DNA of 59,843 nucleotides, the filler included, from Sphacelaria rigidula (lineage: Eukaryota): assembly GCA_964200075.2 (NCBI GenBank). It is 7 parts of 7 records of this genome, joined end to end, with 100 filler letters (N's around TTAATTAATTAA, not from the genome) between each part and the next. Parts side by side here need not be neighbours in the genome. Positions count along the whole stretch, not along the records: positions 17,129 to 25,591 come from CAXNAA020011052.1; positions 25,692 to 34,154 come from CAXNAA020011053.1; 5 more parts are not named here. One strand, 5' to 3'. Positions 24,423 to 34,254 of this stretch are shown piece after piece. How positions within the stretch are numbered: the first letter of the stretch is position 1; each line of letters starts with the position of its first letter. The translations under genes were made by a program, and so were the position numbers. The notes under the pieces are model-generated. The model did not search any database, was not told the DNA's origin, and saw only the letters and a program-made list of their open reading frames with translations.

Positions 24423-24949
24423 TTATGGTCAACCGCCTAGGGTGCGTACATGAGGTCCCGTGAGGTCCACACTCACGATGCCGAGGATGGTCGCCGATCG
24501 AAAAGCCGAACATGGAATAGCCGCACGTCGTCTTTTTGCCTCCACACGTCCTGCGCATGGCGCCAACTGTCCTGTTGGAGTTATGCTCTGTTGGGCGGCT
24601 GTTGCCAGGAGAACGGTCTCATGAGCGTGGGAAAGGGAAACACGGAAGAAGTTAATGTTTACCGCTCGTTGGGGTTTTCCGACGATGTTGGTTGACGGCC
24701 GGAGGCGAAGACTCCAAGCACGAAATCACAAATTTAGTCCTCACTCAATTCTTGAATGCTTAAAATTTGTGGGAAACATGCCGGGGGGTTGCCTTCATGC
24801 CCCTCATCCAACGATAGATGGATGGGACAAAGCACTTGGGTCGAGAGCAAACCTGGAACTACAACCACTCCCGTGGGAGCCCTACTTATGTTGCTGCAGC
24901 TGCCTGAAATTGAGGTACCTTTAGGTGGACACTCTGGATGCTGAGAAGG

Positions 24950-25345
24950 CTCTGTAGGGGCAGAAGGATCAACTGCACTTGTCGGCGAGGGGGAAACGCC
25001 CACATAGGGACGCGAAGAAGAGACTCTGTGGGAGCAGGTGAGTCGACTGCACTACTCGATGTGGGGGAAACACCGACAAAAGGACGCGACGAAAAATACT
25101 CCGTGAGGGCAGATGACTCGACTACACTTCTCGACGTAGGGGAAACGCGCACAGAAGGACGCAAAGAAAAGACTCTTTCGGGGAAGATGACTCGACTGCA
25201 CTACTCGACGTGGGGGAAACGCCGACGGAGGGACGCGAAGAAGACTCTATGGGGGCAGGTGATTAAACTGCATGACTCGGCGTAGGTGACTGAACTGCAC
25301 TACTCGGCGTGGGGGAAACGCCGACGGAAACACTCGAAGAAACGG
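24950..25345. repeat. Degenerate tandem array, unit about 70-75 bp, about 5 copies
   Basis: Recurring GACTGCACTACTCGACGTGGGGGAAACGCCGAC...GGACGCGAAGAAGACTCT; minus strand reads PSVGVSPTSSSAV-like; may be part of the copia gag region. Confidence 0.85.
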
Positions 25346-25591
25346 TCATAACTGGTGCTGCAATCGGAACATGACCAAATGTGGGCGGCAAACGACTTGC
25401 TAACTGGGATGATGAGCGCGAGTTACGATCGAACCGTAATTTACCCTGAATTTAATTGACGCCTGTACTGGTCAACGTTATCTCTTGTTCCGTTGTATTT
25501 AATGTAACGAAAGGAGATCGAGTTTAACCCTTTTGGAACCGTTGATGGAAAACTGAGGATTAACAATTGAGGTTTTTCCCACCATATATGG

Positions 25592-25691
25592 NNNNNNNNN
25601 NNNNNNNNNNNNNNNNNNNNNNNNNNNNNNNNNNNTTAATTAATTAANNNNNNNNNNNNNNNNNNNNNNNNNNNNNNNNNNNNNNNNNNNN
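25592..25691. other. Artificial contig linker
   Basis: N44-TTAATTAATTAA-N44. Confidence 0.98.
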
Positions 25692-26240
25692 CCCTTCAAC
25701 CTGCGTGGGTTCGCCCAACCAATACTTTAAAATTACCTGCCGGCCGTACTGTTCAATGTCAGTTTCATGCTCCCACCTAGGAACATCCAAACCGCCCCAA
25801 TACGTCAGGTATTGTACCGCCAGCTTACCACCCAAACCCCGAGACAACCTGTGTTTCATCAATTTATCCGGCAATATTCTGTCAGTATCCAACTCCATCG
25901 TGACGTCTTCCGCCGTGAGATGCAGAGGAGGCGACCGCTCAGAATATTTGTTCATCACATATTGACTGAGCCCCAAGGGCAGAAATCTCGGTTTGTCCGG
26001 TCCTTCATGGGGGTTGTAACACCTCTTACACCTCGCCACTGACACCCTAGAATTCGTGTTGATCCCTGGCTCGTTTCGCCGAATCTCCAACAATAGTAGA
26101 TTACTGCCCACTTGTTCGCCCTCCAAGGTTACCCCCGGTCCAACCAATAAAATTTTGTACGGCCCCGTCCAACACTGAGCCAGCTTCGCTGACAAAGCCA
26201 AAGACGTCCGGGCGGTACCCGACGTCACCTGCACCGCCTT
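25692..26240 (-). CDS. Integrase C-terminal GPY/F motif and chromodomain (frameshifted from pol)
   Basis: KLAQCWTGPYKIL; KLMKHRLSRGLGGKLAVQYLTYWGGLDVPRWEHETDI resembles the chromodomain Y(L)xxW...WE pattern. Confidence 0.8.
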
Positions 26241-29200
26241 ACCCCCCCGAGGCGATGGTGCTTCTGTCGTCATACACAAGTACCCACTGGCCCGCTTGCC
26301 ATTTTGGCCGGCGGTTTGCCATTTCCCCAATACCCTGGTTCTTGGCTTCATGTTTTGCTTTGATAAAAAAATCTTCTTGCCTCACCAGCTCGTACGCCTT
26401 TACCTGCCGATCTCTCATCAGCTGAAGATAATCCAGCTGATCGGCCTTCAAACCCTGGTGCCCCCGCACCCCCCTACCCTCCAGAATGGTCATAGGCATG
26501 CGCGGGTAGCGTCCAATATGTACCTCATTTGTAGACAACCCGGTACCCCTACTGATGTTATTGTTGTGTGCTGAGATTGCATGCATTAGAGACTCATCCC
26601 AGTTGCTCTGATCGTCCACCACCAAAAACGACAGCATTTGACACAAGGTGTGATTCAACCGCTCCACCATCCCATTCGTCTGGGGGTGGTACGAGCTTGT
26701 GAGCCGCTTTACCGCACCCATCATTTCATACACCGACCTACACACCGCGGAAGTGAACTCCGCCCCTCGATCCGACAAGAAAGTGTGCGGGCAACCCCAT
26801 CGTGGCACATAGTCCCCCACTATAATTGCCGCACACCCAGTAGCCGAGTGCTCTTCAGAGGTGATCGCGTAATCCTCCGCGTGCCTACTAAACAGGTCCA
26901 CCATGAGGAAGATGTGTCTGTTACCCCTCTTTGTTTTCGGCAAAGGGCCCAGGAAATCAAAAGCTACCATTTGCTCTGGCCGACTCGGTAGTGGTAGCGA
27001 GACTAAAGGCCACCGCACCGTGTACCGATCAGATTTCTTGGCCTGACATGAATAACAGCGTCGAATCCAGAGTTTCACACTTTCTTGCATCCCTATCCAC
27101 CAATAGTATCGTTGCAGAAGCGAGGGAGTCACTTTTCCCCCCAGATGCACCGCTTCCTTGTGCGTTTGGTCCATTACCCAGGGCCTTAACAACAAAGGAA
27201 CATAGGTTCTCACCGGTTCGTCTCCGAGGTATCGCTCAAAAATACCCAGGTTCCGATCCTCCGACCCCTCCGGCGCGACCGTCAGCTTTTTCACCAACAG
27301 TTTACCCCCGTCCGCCAACTCAAGCAACTCCCCTTGTTTCAACAACGCTCGGAGATCTTTTACGTCCATCCCGCTACCCACCGCTTTCCCCTTTCCCTTC
27401 GAGAGTGTGGTCTTTCCCTGCGAGAGATAGACAGCAGTCGTACGAGCGGTCAGATCAGTAAGTTGGATTTGCGCCCAGTCACTTGCGGACTTGGCACACA
27501 ACCGCTCCCCGAAATTACACGCTTCTTCCACCTCTAGAGTGAGCGCCGGCGTATCTGAACCGTCCTCTTCGGTCGACCCCGCCTCCTCATCTGAGATCAC
27601 AAAAACTTCCGAGCCCGCCGTCTCGTGTAACAAATATTTACCCACTTCAGTAACGGGGCAAGCATGTAAGCACAGGCCCGGTTCCCACTGTCCACACACC
27701 ACATCGGTAACACTCGGGGAGAGAAGCCGTGAGTCATCCTTTACCACTTCCGGTCCCTTCCAGCCCAGTGTAGAACTTGAGGACTCAAGTCTCTCCTGAA
27801 TCCGATTCCATGTGGCATCCGCTATCTCTGACGACGTCAGTGGAGCAGTCGGATGTCCACCCCCCCTCCCCTGAAAAATACCCCGGGGAGCAAGCCCATC
27901 CAAGCTTGAAGCCCGGGGACCCGGCCCCACAGAGGGAAGCACATCCAAGCTGGCAACATGGGAGGATCCAAAATCCCGCGGAGCCACCCCGCTAGCCCCG
28001 ATAAAATAAACATCTAAATCAGCAGGGTCAGAGATGCGAAAAGGACCACTCACATCTTCTTCGCTGTAAGCAAGAGGAAGGCGCGACAGCATGTCGGCGT
28101 TGGAGTTAGCCACCCCGGGCTTGTAGAAAATCTCATAGTTGTAAGCACTGAGAAAATCTTGCCAACGCTGGACCCTGGGCACCTTCTCCGCAAGACTGAA
28201 CAAACTGCGCAACGGTTGATGGTCGCTGACAATTTGGAAAGGAATCCCGTAGAACAACGGGCGGTTTTTCTCGACAGCCCAAACAATCGCCCCCGCTTCC
28301 AATTCGGTGGCCGTCCAGTTACGCTCGCTAGGCAAAGTACTGCGGCTCAAAAAACATAGCGGCCGCACGTCACCTTCCGCATGACGTTGCTCCACCACCG
28401 CCCCTAGACCATCCTTGCTTGCGTCCGTGACCAACATGAAAGGACGACTCCCCGACACCGCTCCGCCGTAATCCGGAAAAGACAAAGTTTTTGGACCGGT
28501 CAACTCCCCGAGAATTTCGCGCACCGTTTCCTCATGTTCCGGCGTGAGATAAAACTCAACCCCCTTCTTCAACAGCCCGTTAATGGATTTAGTGCGAGCC
28601 GCCATTTTTGGGATGAACTTGCGGTAGTAACTCAACCCCCCCATAAGCGAACGCAACTCAGTCACGGAAGTAGGCATCGGCATGAGGCGCAGCGCATCTA
28701 CCTTCGTAGAGTCAGGCGAAATTCCGTCCGCCGAGATGCGATGACCAAGGAAAGTAACCTCCCCCGCCCCCACGTGAGCCTTCTTCGGCGCCAATTTAGG
28801 GTCGAATTTTGTGAGGCGTTCCAAGAAGTCAGACAAATCACTGACATGTTCCGCCCCATTTGCACTGAACGTGCAAATATCATCGATGTACAAACGGCAC
28901 CGCATCAAACCCTCACATACCCGAGCCATGATGGATTGAAACCACCCCGGGCTCCCACTGCATCCCATTGGCATCACCAACCATTCGTACAATCCCGATG
29001 GAGTACACACCGCGGTAAGTGGAATGGTGTCAGGGTGCAGGGAGATGTTAAAATAGCCCGACAGAATATCCAGGCAAGTGAAAACCTTGGCACCCCCGAG
29101 CTCATCCAACAGCTCGTCGATAGTCGGAATGGGCAAGACCGGGATTACAGTGGCGTCATTAAGCTTCCGATAATTGCAAGTCAACCGAATACCTCCATCC

Positions 29201-30030
29201 TTTTTGTTCACAACCACCAACGAAGAGCTCCAACTGGAGTAAGAACGTCGCAAGAGCCCCGCCGCTAACAACTGGTCAATTTCAACCTGCACCTTCTGTT
29301 GCATGGATGGGTTGTGTCGATACGGCCGTTGTTTGATGGGGTTAGCCCCCGGCTTCAGCTCGATTTTGAACGGATCCACCGTACAGTACCCCAAGTCCAA
29401 TTTATTCACCGAGAATCTGTAAGAGAATTTGCACAGCACATCCGCCAACTTATCCATATCCTCCACCTGCCAGAACTTGTCCTGTAAACCGAAAGTAATG
29501 CTATGTAAGTGAGGAGAGATACGACCCCACAATCGACGGAACGCGGCACGTTTCTCCGTACATAGATCACCGAACATGGCCTCCGGCGGCTCCGGCAGTG
29601 TCGGCTCGACTGCAAAAACGGCGGTCGAAGCCGGGTCCGGCAACCTGGAAATTTTCGCATCATTTAGCGAGCAAGGTACCAACGGTTGCCCTGCTGACCC
29701 CAACTTCATCCCTGGTAAGACCAACGCACACTCCACATCTGTAAACCGCAACGGAATAACTGAATCCCCCGCCTCCATTTCTGACGGGGACCACCCCGCC
29801 TCGAAATACACATAATAATTACCTTCAGGGGCAGCCCCCCCCTTTGTCGGACGCAGTGTGACGGGAACCCACGTCAACTCCTGCGTTACCGCCAACTCAG
29901 TTTCCCCTGAAAAAACCACGACAACCTCCTCATCAGACATCGTCGACTGTTCAATCATGCCCACGGCGTTGTGGACCCAGCGATCAAACGGGGTGGGTCC
30001 AACAGCCATAGCAGGCCTTGCGAGCGACAT
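26239..30030 (-). CDS. pol: Gypsy Pol: reverse transcriptase, RNase H, integrase
   Basis: RLTCNYRKLN, MPMG, LYIDD (RT); LVTDAS, ELEA, SDHQPL, NADMLSR (RNase H); HKEAVH...CYSC zinc finger, FDFLGPLP, SDRGAEF, YHPQTNGMVER (integrase). Confidence 0.97.
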   Translation of the reverse strand: MSLARPAMAVGPTPFDRWVHNAVGMIEQSTMSDEEVVVVFSGETELAVTQELTWVPVTLRPTKGGAAPEGNYYVYFEAGWSPSEMEAGDSVIPLRFTDVECALVLPGMKLGSAGQPLVPCSLNDAKISRLPDPASTAVFAVEPTLPEPPEAMFGDLCTEKRAAFRRLWGRISPHLHSITFGLQDKFWQVEDMDKLADVLCKFSYRFSVNKLDLGYCTVDPFKIELKPGANPIKQRPYRHNPSMQQKVQVEIDQLLAAGLLRRSYSSWSSSLVVVNKKDGGIRLTCNYRKLNDATVIPVLPIPTIDELLDELGGAKVFTCLDILSGYFNISLHPDTIPLTAVCTPSGLYEWLVMPMGCSGSPGWFQSIMARVCEGLMRCRLYIDDICTFSANGAEHVSDLSDFLERLTKFDPKLAPKKAHVGAGEVTFLGHRISADGISPDSTKVDALRLMPMPTSVTELRSLMGGLSYYRKFIPKMAARTKSINGLLKKGVEFYLTPEHEETVREILGELTGPKTLSFPDYGGAVSGSRPFMLVTDASKDGLGAVVEQRHAEGDVRPLCFLSRSTLPSERNWTATELEAGAIVWAVEKNRPLFYGIPFQIVSDHQPLRSLFSLAEKVPRVQRWQDFLSAYNYEIFYKPGVANSNADMLSRLPLAYSEEDVSGPFRISDPADLDVYFIGASGVAPRDFGSSHVASLDVLPSVGPGPRASSLDGLAPRGIFQGRGGGHPTAPLTSSEIADATWNRIQERLESSSSTLGWKGPEVVKDDSRLLSPSVTDVVCGQWEPGLCLHACPVTEVGKYLLHETAGSEVFVISDEEAGSTEEDGSDTPALTLEVEEACNFGERLCAKSASDWAQIQLTDLTARTTAVYLSQGKTTLSKGKGKAVGSGMDVKDLRALLKQGELLELADGGKLLVKKLTVAPEGSEDRNLGIFERYLGDEPVRTYVPLLLRPWVMDQTHKEAVHLGGKVTPSLLQRYYWWIGMQESVKLWIRRCYSCQAKKSDRYTVRWPLVSLPLPSRPEQMVAFDFLGPLPKTKRGNRHIFLMVDLFSRHAEDYAITSEEHSATGCAAIIVGDYVPRWGCPHTFLSDRGAEFTSAVCRSVYEMMGAVKRLTSSYHPQTNGMVERLNHTLCQMLSFLVVDDQSNWDESLMHAISAHNNNISRGTGLSTNEVHIGRYPRMPMTILEGRGVRGHQGLKADQLDYLQLMRDRQVKAYELVRQEDFFIKAKHEAKNQGIGEMANRRPKWQAGQWVLVYDDRSTIASGG

Positions 30031-30059
30031 GATAGTTTTATCCTCACTAACATCACGAC

Positions 30060-30647
30060 CGAGCGCACCGGGAACTGAGCCAACCCATCGCGACCCAGCA
30101 GCAAATCAAACGACATCGTACCCTCCGGGACAATATGTGCGTAAATCGCGAAACATGCACTTTTGCCTGTTGTTCGACCTTTGCGTGAGCCGTCCACGAA
30201 ACGGATATTCAAACGCACCTGTGAGCATGTTCTCAGAGGCATCCCATTGAACCCGCCCCACGATACGGGGTTAATCTCCCGCATCGCTTCAACAGATCCC
30301 GCCCCGTACGCAACCATGGACAACCATACCTTCTCCAGGATAAATGTCGCCGGACTCCCACTGTCGAGCAAAGCCGAGCAATCCCACATGCGGGTCGCCT
30401 GAGGCCTGCCGAACACCCTCGCCCCAGCGGTGTTCCGAGCGCGGTCGGTGGATACATATCCGCCGGAGACCTCAGCTACTTCCGGTAAAAACGTCCCTTG
30501 CCGCCCGCGCGGTACCTGACAGGGGATGGGATCGGGGGTGCGAGGTGGTGGATCTACACTATTCAAACGATTTCCCGACGGGTCTAGAACATAGATATGC
30601 TTCTCCACGCAAATTGGACTACCTTCGTCCGACACTCCAGCCACAGA
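30060..30647 (-). CDS. Retropepsin aspartic protease segment
   Basis: ALLDSGSPATFI active site and DLLLGRD motif in ORF 29955..30644. Confidence 0.9.
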
Positions 30648-31533
30648 TCATGCAAGGTCAGCCGCCTCGGCTGTACCTGTGCAATGGGAGGGACGAAACG
30701 GTTTCACGTGGTTGGGTAAATCAACCACACTGCCAGGCACCGAGCCCGCAGTGGTCCCCGCAGTGACCTCCTCCGAAAGTGTGCTAAGACTGGTTGGCCT
30801 TTCCACCGAAGTCCTCCGCAAGGATGGTCGGTCAAAGCCTGGGCCGCCCTCAGCTGGCACGGAGCCCGGGAGAGCAAGCCCCCACTTGGTAGCACATGAA
30901 ACCGCCCCCTTCTGAGGGTAACGGCGCCGAGAACAACTAGAGCCCCGAGCACCGTGACGCGACACGCTTCCCTCACCCAGGACGAATTTACCTGTTGGGC
31001 TCTCGAAATCATGCGACGGTGCCGTCACACCAGGACCGTCCTTGTCCCTAGCGTCTGTCGGACGTAAGCAACGCTCACCGCGACAGCAGGCCTGTACCAG
31101 TGGTCCTTGTGCCCGCGCATCCACACCACTGTGGGAAGAGAGACCATCCGGGGCGCTACTCCGGGACTGGTCCCCTCCCCGTCGGTCGATGTCCACTCCG
31201 CGAGACTGGCGCGCGGTAGACGTCGCACAAAGCGCCGGGGCTGCCTCCGTCTCGCAAGTATCCCTCAAAAGTTGATCAGACCCTGCGGCTACCTTCAACA
31301 CAGAAACCCCCCCCCGCACCGTTACCGACACCCCCAGGCAGATTGTACCCTGCCTCCTTGCCACTGTCCACGCTGTGCCGACGGGAGATGACAGAAGTTT
31401 CGCCACATACGGCAGGCGCAGCCTGCTGCGGAACCAATGACGCAGCCGACCGACCTTGTTGAGCTCTCTGAGCATCATGTTGCACTGACCCTTGTGCTGC
31501 CGGTAAAGTGGCCAGAACTTTACCGTCGCGCCC

Positions 31534-34146
31534 TCATTTCTTTTGAGGGTAATTGTCGATAAAATAAGAGCGTAGGCGGCGTTGCCATCGCACCCATTTC
31601 TGGCGGACTTCCTCCGGCGTCGCCTCACCCATCAAGTGATGTATTAGACCCGATTTATTAATATACTCCTTCGGACACTCACGAGCCAAAGTATGGTCGG
31701 CGCTGCCGCAGTTGAGACAATACGGCCCAAATGCTTCCCGCGCATTGTTCTTCAGCTCGAGGGTGGGGAAAGGCTCATAGAACGGAGGATCCCTGTTTTC
31801 GCCGAACCTGTCCGAATTAGCCCGTCTCACCATATACACGTATTCCATCTCCCGATCCTCGTAGGGGAAATCGCGCATTTCCGTGATGCTCATCACGGTC
31901 CCGCCAAACGACCTACCCTGACCCGACTTCGGCGGATAACGGCTCCGCGCCGCCCCTCCACCAATACCCTGCACAAGTCGCGGCGCGTGCGCCCGCATCG
32001 TGTTGGATCTGAACTGGTCCAACTTGCCCATCAGCGACTCGAGGGAGTCGAACGGCGTCGCACAATCATCGCGCCCCGCAAACACGTGGCCACTAATACC
32101 GGGGAACTGATCCTGAATGGCCGTTTTAATAGCCGACTGCACTTGCGCCTGATCCGGAGTCATCTCGGCCCCCAGACACTGAACATTGCTCACCAGAATC
32201 CGGAGGTCACGCAAATAATCGGCGAACAAAGACCCTTCCGCTGCCCGGAAATTGATCAACTCCCGTAGCACGGCGTCCGGTGTCAGATTGCTCAATTCAC
32301 GGCTTAACACCCGCACCAAAAACGCCATAGCCTCTGGCCCAGACGCCCCCTCCCCCTGCAAACGAGACACGTGAGCGATCACGTCCCCGATCCGAGCCAC
32401 GATTCCCGGCGCGTCCGGGGCCCCTGGCCGCACGGCACGCCGCAAGTGTTTTTGGAGGGTCTTTTCCCAACCCCGCGTCCAACGCGTGGGATGGGTGTCC
32501 CCCACAATGAGCCGCATTGCCGCTACCGAATCTTTCACTCCCTCCACCAACGCCACCAACTGCTGCATGTTGTGAGTAGACGATAACGGTAACTTCGGCA
32601 GGTCCGCCAACAAATCCAGTTTGAGTTTCGCATACCCCTGTGCAATATGCGCGGTATGCAACGACGGGAAACCATCCCCCGAGTCGGCAGTCCCCAAGGA
32701 CTCTCCCCCGCCCCGAAAACTCTCCTCGTTGGGTAGACTAGCGACAACACAACCCTGCAACACCCCCCCAGGCCCATCGGGCGCCACCCACCTCTTCGTT
32801 TCTCGGTGCTCCGGCCCACCCGACCGAAAACCCGGCTGACCGCGGGCACCCTCCGCAGGCGCCAGCGCCCCTCCACCTTGGGCGTCCTGAACCGCGAGCT
32901 GCGCCAAAACGCCTCCCCCGCTCCGTAGCAGCTCCCGCTGCTCCTCCTCCCAAGACTGCAAAGCCCGGTGAGGAGGACACGACCCCTTTAACGCCCGGTA
33001 CTGCCGGCAAAACCCCGGCAATGACCCCGCCTGGGGACAGCGAGCGGCGCAGTACTTAAACTCCTCGTCCGAGAGGCGAGGCAGCGCAAGCACCCCGTCC
33101 GCCCCCATCACACCGGAGCCCCGAGGCGCCGCGAAGGAACCCCCACCCTGCGCCCCCACCGCGGCCGGACCCGGGGCACCACGCGACCCGTCCAAAGCTG
33201 CCCGGGCAACCGAATCCCCCATGCCAGGGACCGCCACGCCATCGGTCGGGCCAGAGACAGCACAGGCTGCCTCCGCCGCCCTCCCGCGAGCCGCACCCGA
33301 TCCAGTCGTATTAGGACGAACCGTCGCCATCCCACCCGGTGGAGCGGCAGCCGACAATACTCCGCCAACCCCCGCCCCCTGCGCGGGAACCGACGGAGCC
33401 GCGGGCGGGACCATCGACGGTCCCGCTGCAACCGAGGCTCCCGACCCCAGCGCGACCCCCGGGGAAGAACCCCCTACCCCTATCACGGGCCGAGGAGCAG
33501 GCACGCAGTTGACCGCCGGCTCCGCGTCCCGCAGCAACTTCAGCTGCGGCGCCCACTTACAGAACAAGGACCCCGCCTGCTGGGCGCACGCCGAGATCAC
33601 CGCCTCACGGTGCGAACGCGCCGCCATGAAAAGCGAGGCTTCCTGCTCGACTTCTGCCTGCGTGACGAGTTGGGCGGCCTCCACCCGTTCTAACTCCGCT
33701 GCCGCCTCGGCGGCCTCCACGCCCGCCACCGCCACGCGACACACCGCCGTCTGGACGGCCAGTTCCGCCGCGTCATCTTTCGCGACGGCCCCGTCTAAAC
33801 CCGCCTTCCGAGAGGCCGCGGCATCCGCCGCCCGGGTGATATCGGCCATGGCCTCCTGTGAGGCACGAGACAAATTATCCGGCGTCGGATCACGCAACAC
33901 GTCAAACCGACCCCCAGTCACCACCGGACGGGACACACGGGACACATCCGCAAACGACCGGGAACCCGACACCCGCGTCCAACCGCTATCCCGTACCCCC
34001 GGCATTTTCTCCCCCGGCGAGCGGGACCCGCTCGCAAGGACACGTCCCACAGTCCGAGAACCCACTTCAGACTGCGAGACCGCCGGAGTACCACCCCGAT
34101 CCTCATCCGCCTGCAAACGACGAGCGAACAATTCGTCCGTCGCCAA
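31534..34146 (-). CDS. gag: Gag-like ORF with a long Ala/Gly-rich N-terminus and a CCHC knuckle; may be 5'-truncated by the contig end
   Basis: 870-codon ORF upstream of the protease; capsid-like segment ADYLRDLRILVSNV; CLNCGSADHTLAREC knuckle (C-X2-C-X4-H-X5-C). Confidence 0.85.
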   Translation of the reverse strand: MATDELFARRLQADEDRGGTPAVSQSEVGSRTVGRVLASGSRSPGEKMPGVRDSGWTRVSGSRSFADVSRVSRPVVTGGRFDVLRDPTPDNLSRASQEAMADITRAADAAASRKAGLDGAVAKDDAAELAVQTAVCRVAVAGVEAAEAAAELERVEAAQLVTQAEVEQEASLFMAARSHREAVISACAQQAGSLFCKWAPQLKLLRDAEPAVNCVPAPRPVIGVGGSSPGVALGSGASVAAGPSMVPPAAPSVPAQGAGVGGVLSAAAPPGGMATVRPNTTGSGAARGRAAEAACAVSGPTDGVAVPGMGDSVARAALDGSRGAPGPAAVGAQGGGSFAAPRGSGVMGADGVLALPRLSDEEFKYCAARCPQAGSLPGFCRQYRALKGSCPPHRALQSWEEEQRELLRSGGGVLAQLAVQDAQGGGALAPAEGARGQPGFRSGGPEHRETKRWVAPDGPGGVLQGCVVASLPNEESFRGGGESLGTADSGDGFPSLHTAHIAQGYAKLKLDLLADLPKLPLSSTHNMQQLVALVEGVKDSVAAMRLIVGDTHPTRWTRGWEKTLQKHLRRAVRPGAPDAPGIVARIGDVIAHVSRLQGEGASGPEAMAFLVRVLSRELSNLTPDAVLRELINFRAAEGSLFADYLRDLRILVSNVQCLGAEMTPDQAQVQSAIKTAIQDQFPGISGHVFAGRDDCATPFDSLESLMGKLDQFRSNTMRAHAPRLVQGIGGGAARSRYPPKSGQGRSFGGTVMSITEMRDFPYEDREMEYVYMVRRANSDRFGENRDPPFYEPFPTLELKNNAREAFGPYCLNCGSADHTLARECPKEYINKSGLIHHLMGEATPEEVRQKWVRWQRRLRSYFIDNYPQKK

Positions 34147-34154
34147 AGCGTTAC

Positions 34155-34254
34155 NNNNNNNNNNNNNNNNNNNNNNNNNNNNNNNNNNNNNNNNNNNNTT
34201 AATTAATTAANNNNNNNNNNNNNNNNNNNNNNNNNNNNNNNNNNNNNNNNNNNN
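34155..34254. other. Artificial contig linker
   Basis: N44-TTAATTAATTAA-N44. Confidence 0.98.

Larger units (their letters stand above)
18364..24700 (-). mobile_element. Decayed Ty1/copia LTR retrotransposon (internal region), interrupted by a TIR element
   Basis: Domain order on the minus strand is integrase, SH3-like segment, Pro/His/Ser linker, RT, RNase H, then PPT-like AGCAGGGGGGG (18364-18374) abutting a probable 3' LTR start TATTAGAATATGG; many stops and frameshifts. Confidence 0.92.
25692..34154 (-). mobile_element. Ty3/gypsy LTR retrotransposon with a C-terminal chromodomain; fills the whole contig, LTRs not captured
   Basis: Order gag-PR-RT-RNaseH-INT-chromodomain on the minus strand. 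Confidence 0.97.

Noticed and set aside
24950..25345. CRISPR-like repeat-spacer appearance
   Set aside because: Whole units are homologous and degenerate with no unique spacers; eukaryotic transposon context; no cas genes
31304..31315. G-GGU-UUC canonical -1 slippery heptamer in the extended gag frame
   Set aside because: The -1 frame hits TGA within a few codons; the downstream ORF is in the +1 frame
33221..34210. 329-aa plus-strand ORF antisense to gag
   Set aside because: Explained as the GC-rich antisense shadow of the Ala/Gly-rich gag; runs into the linker
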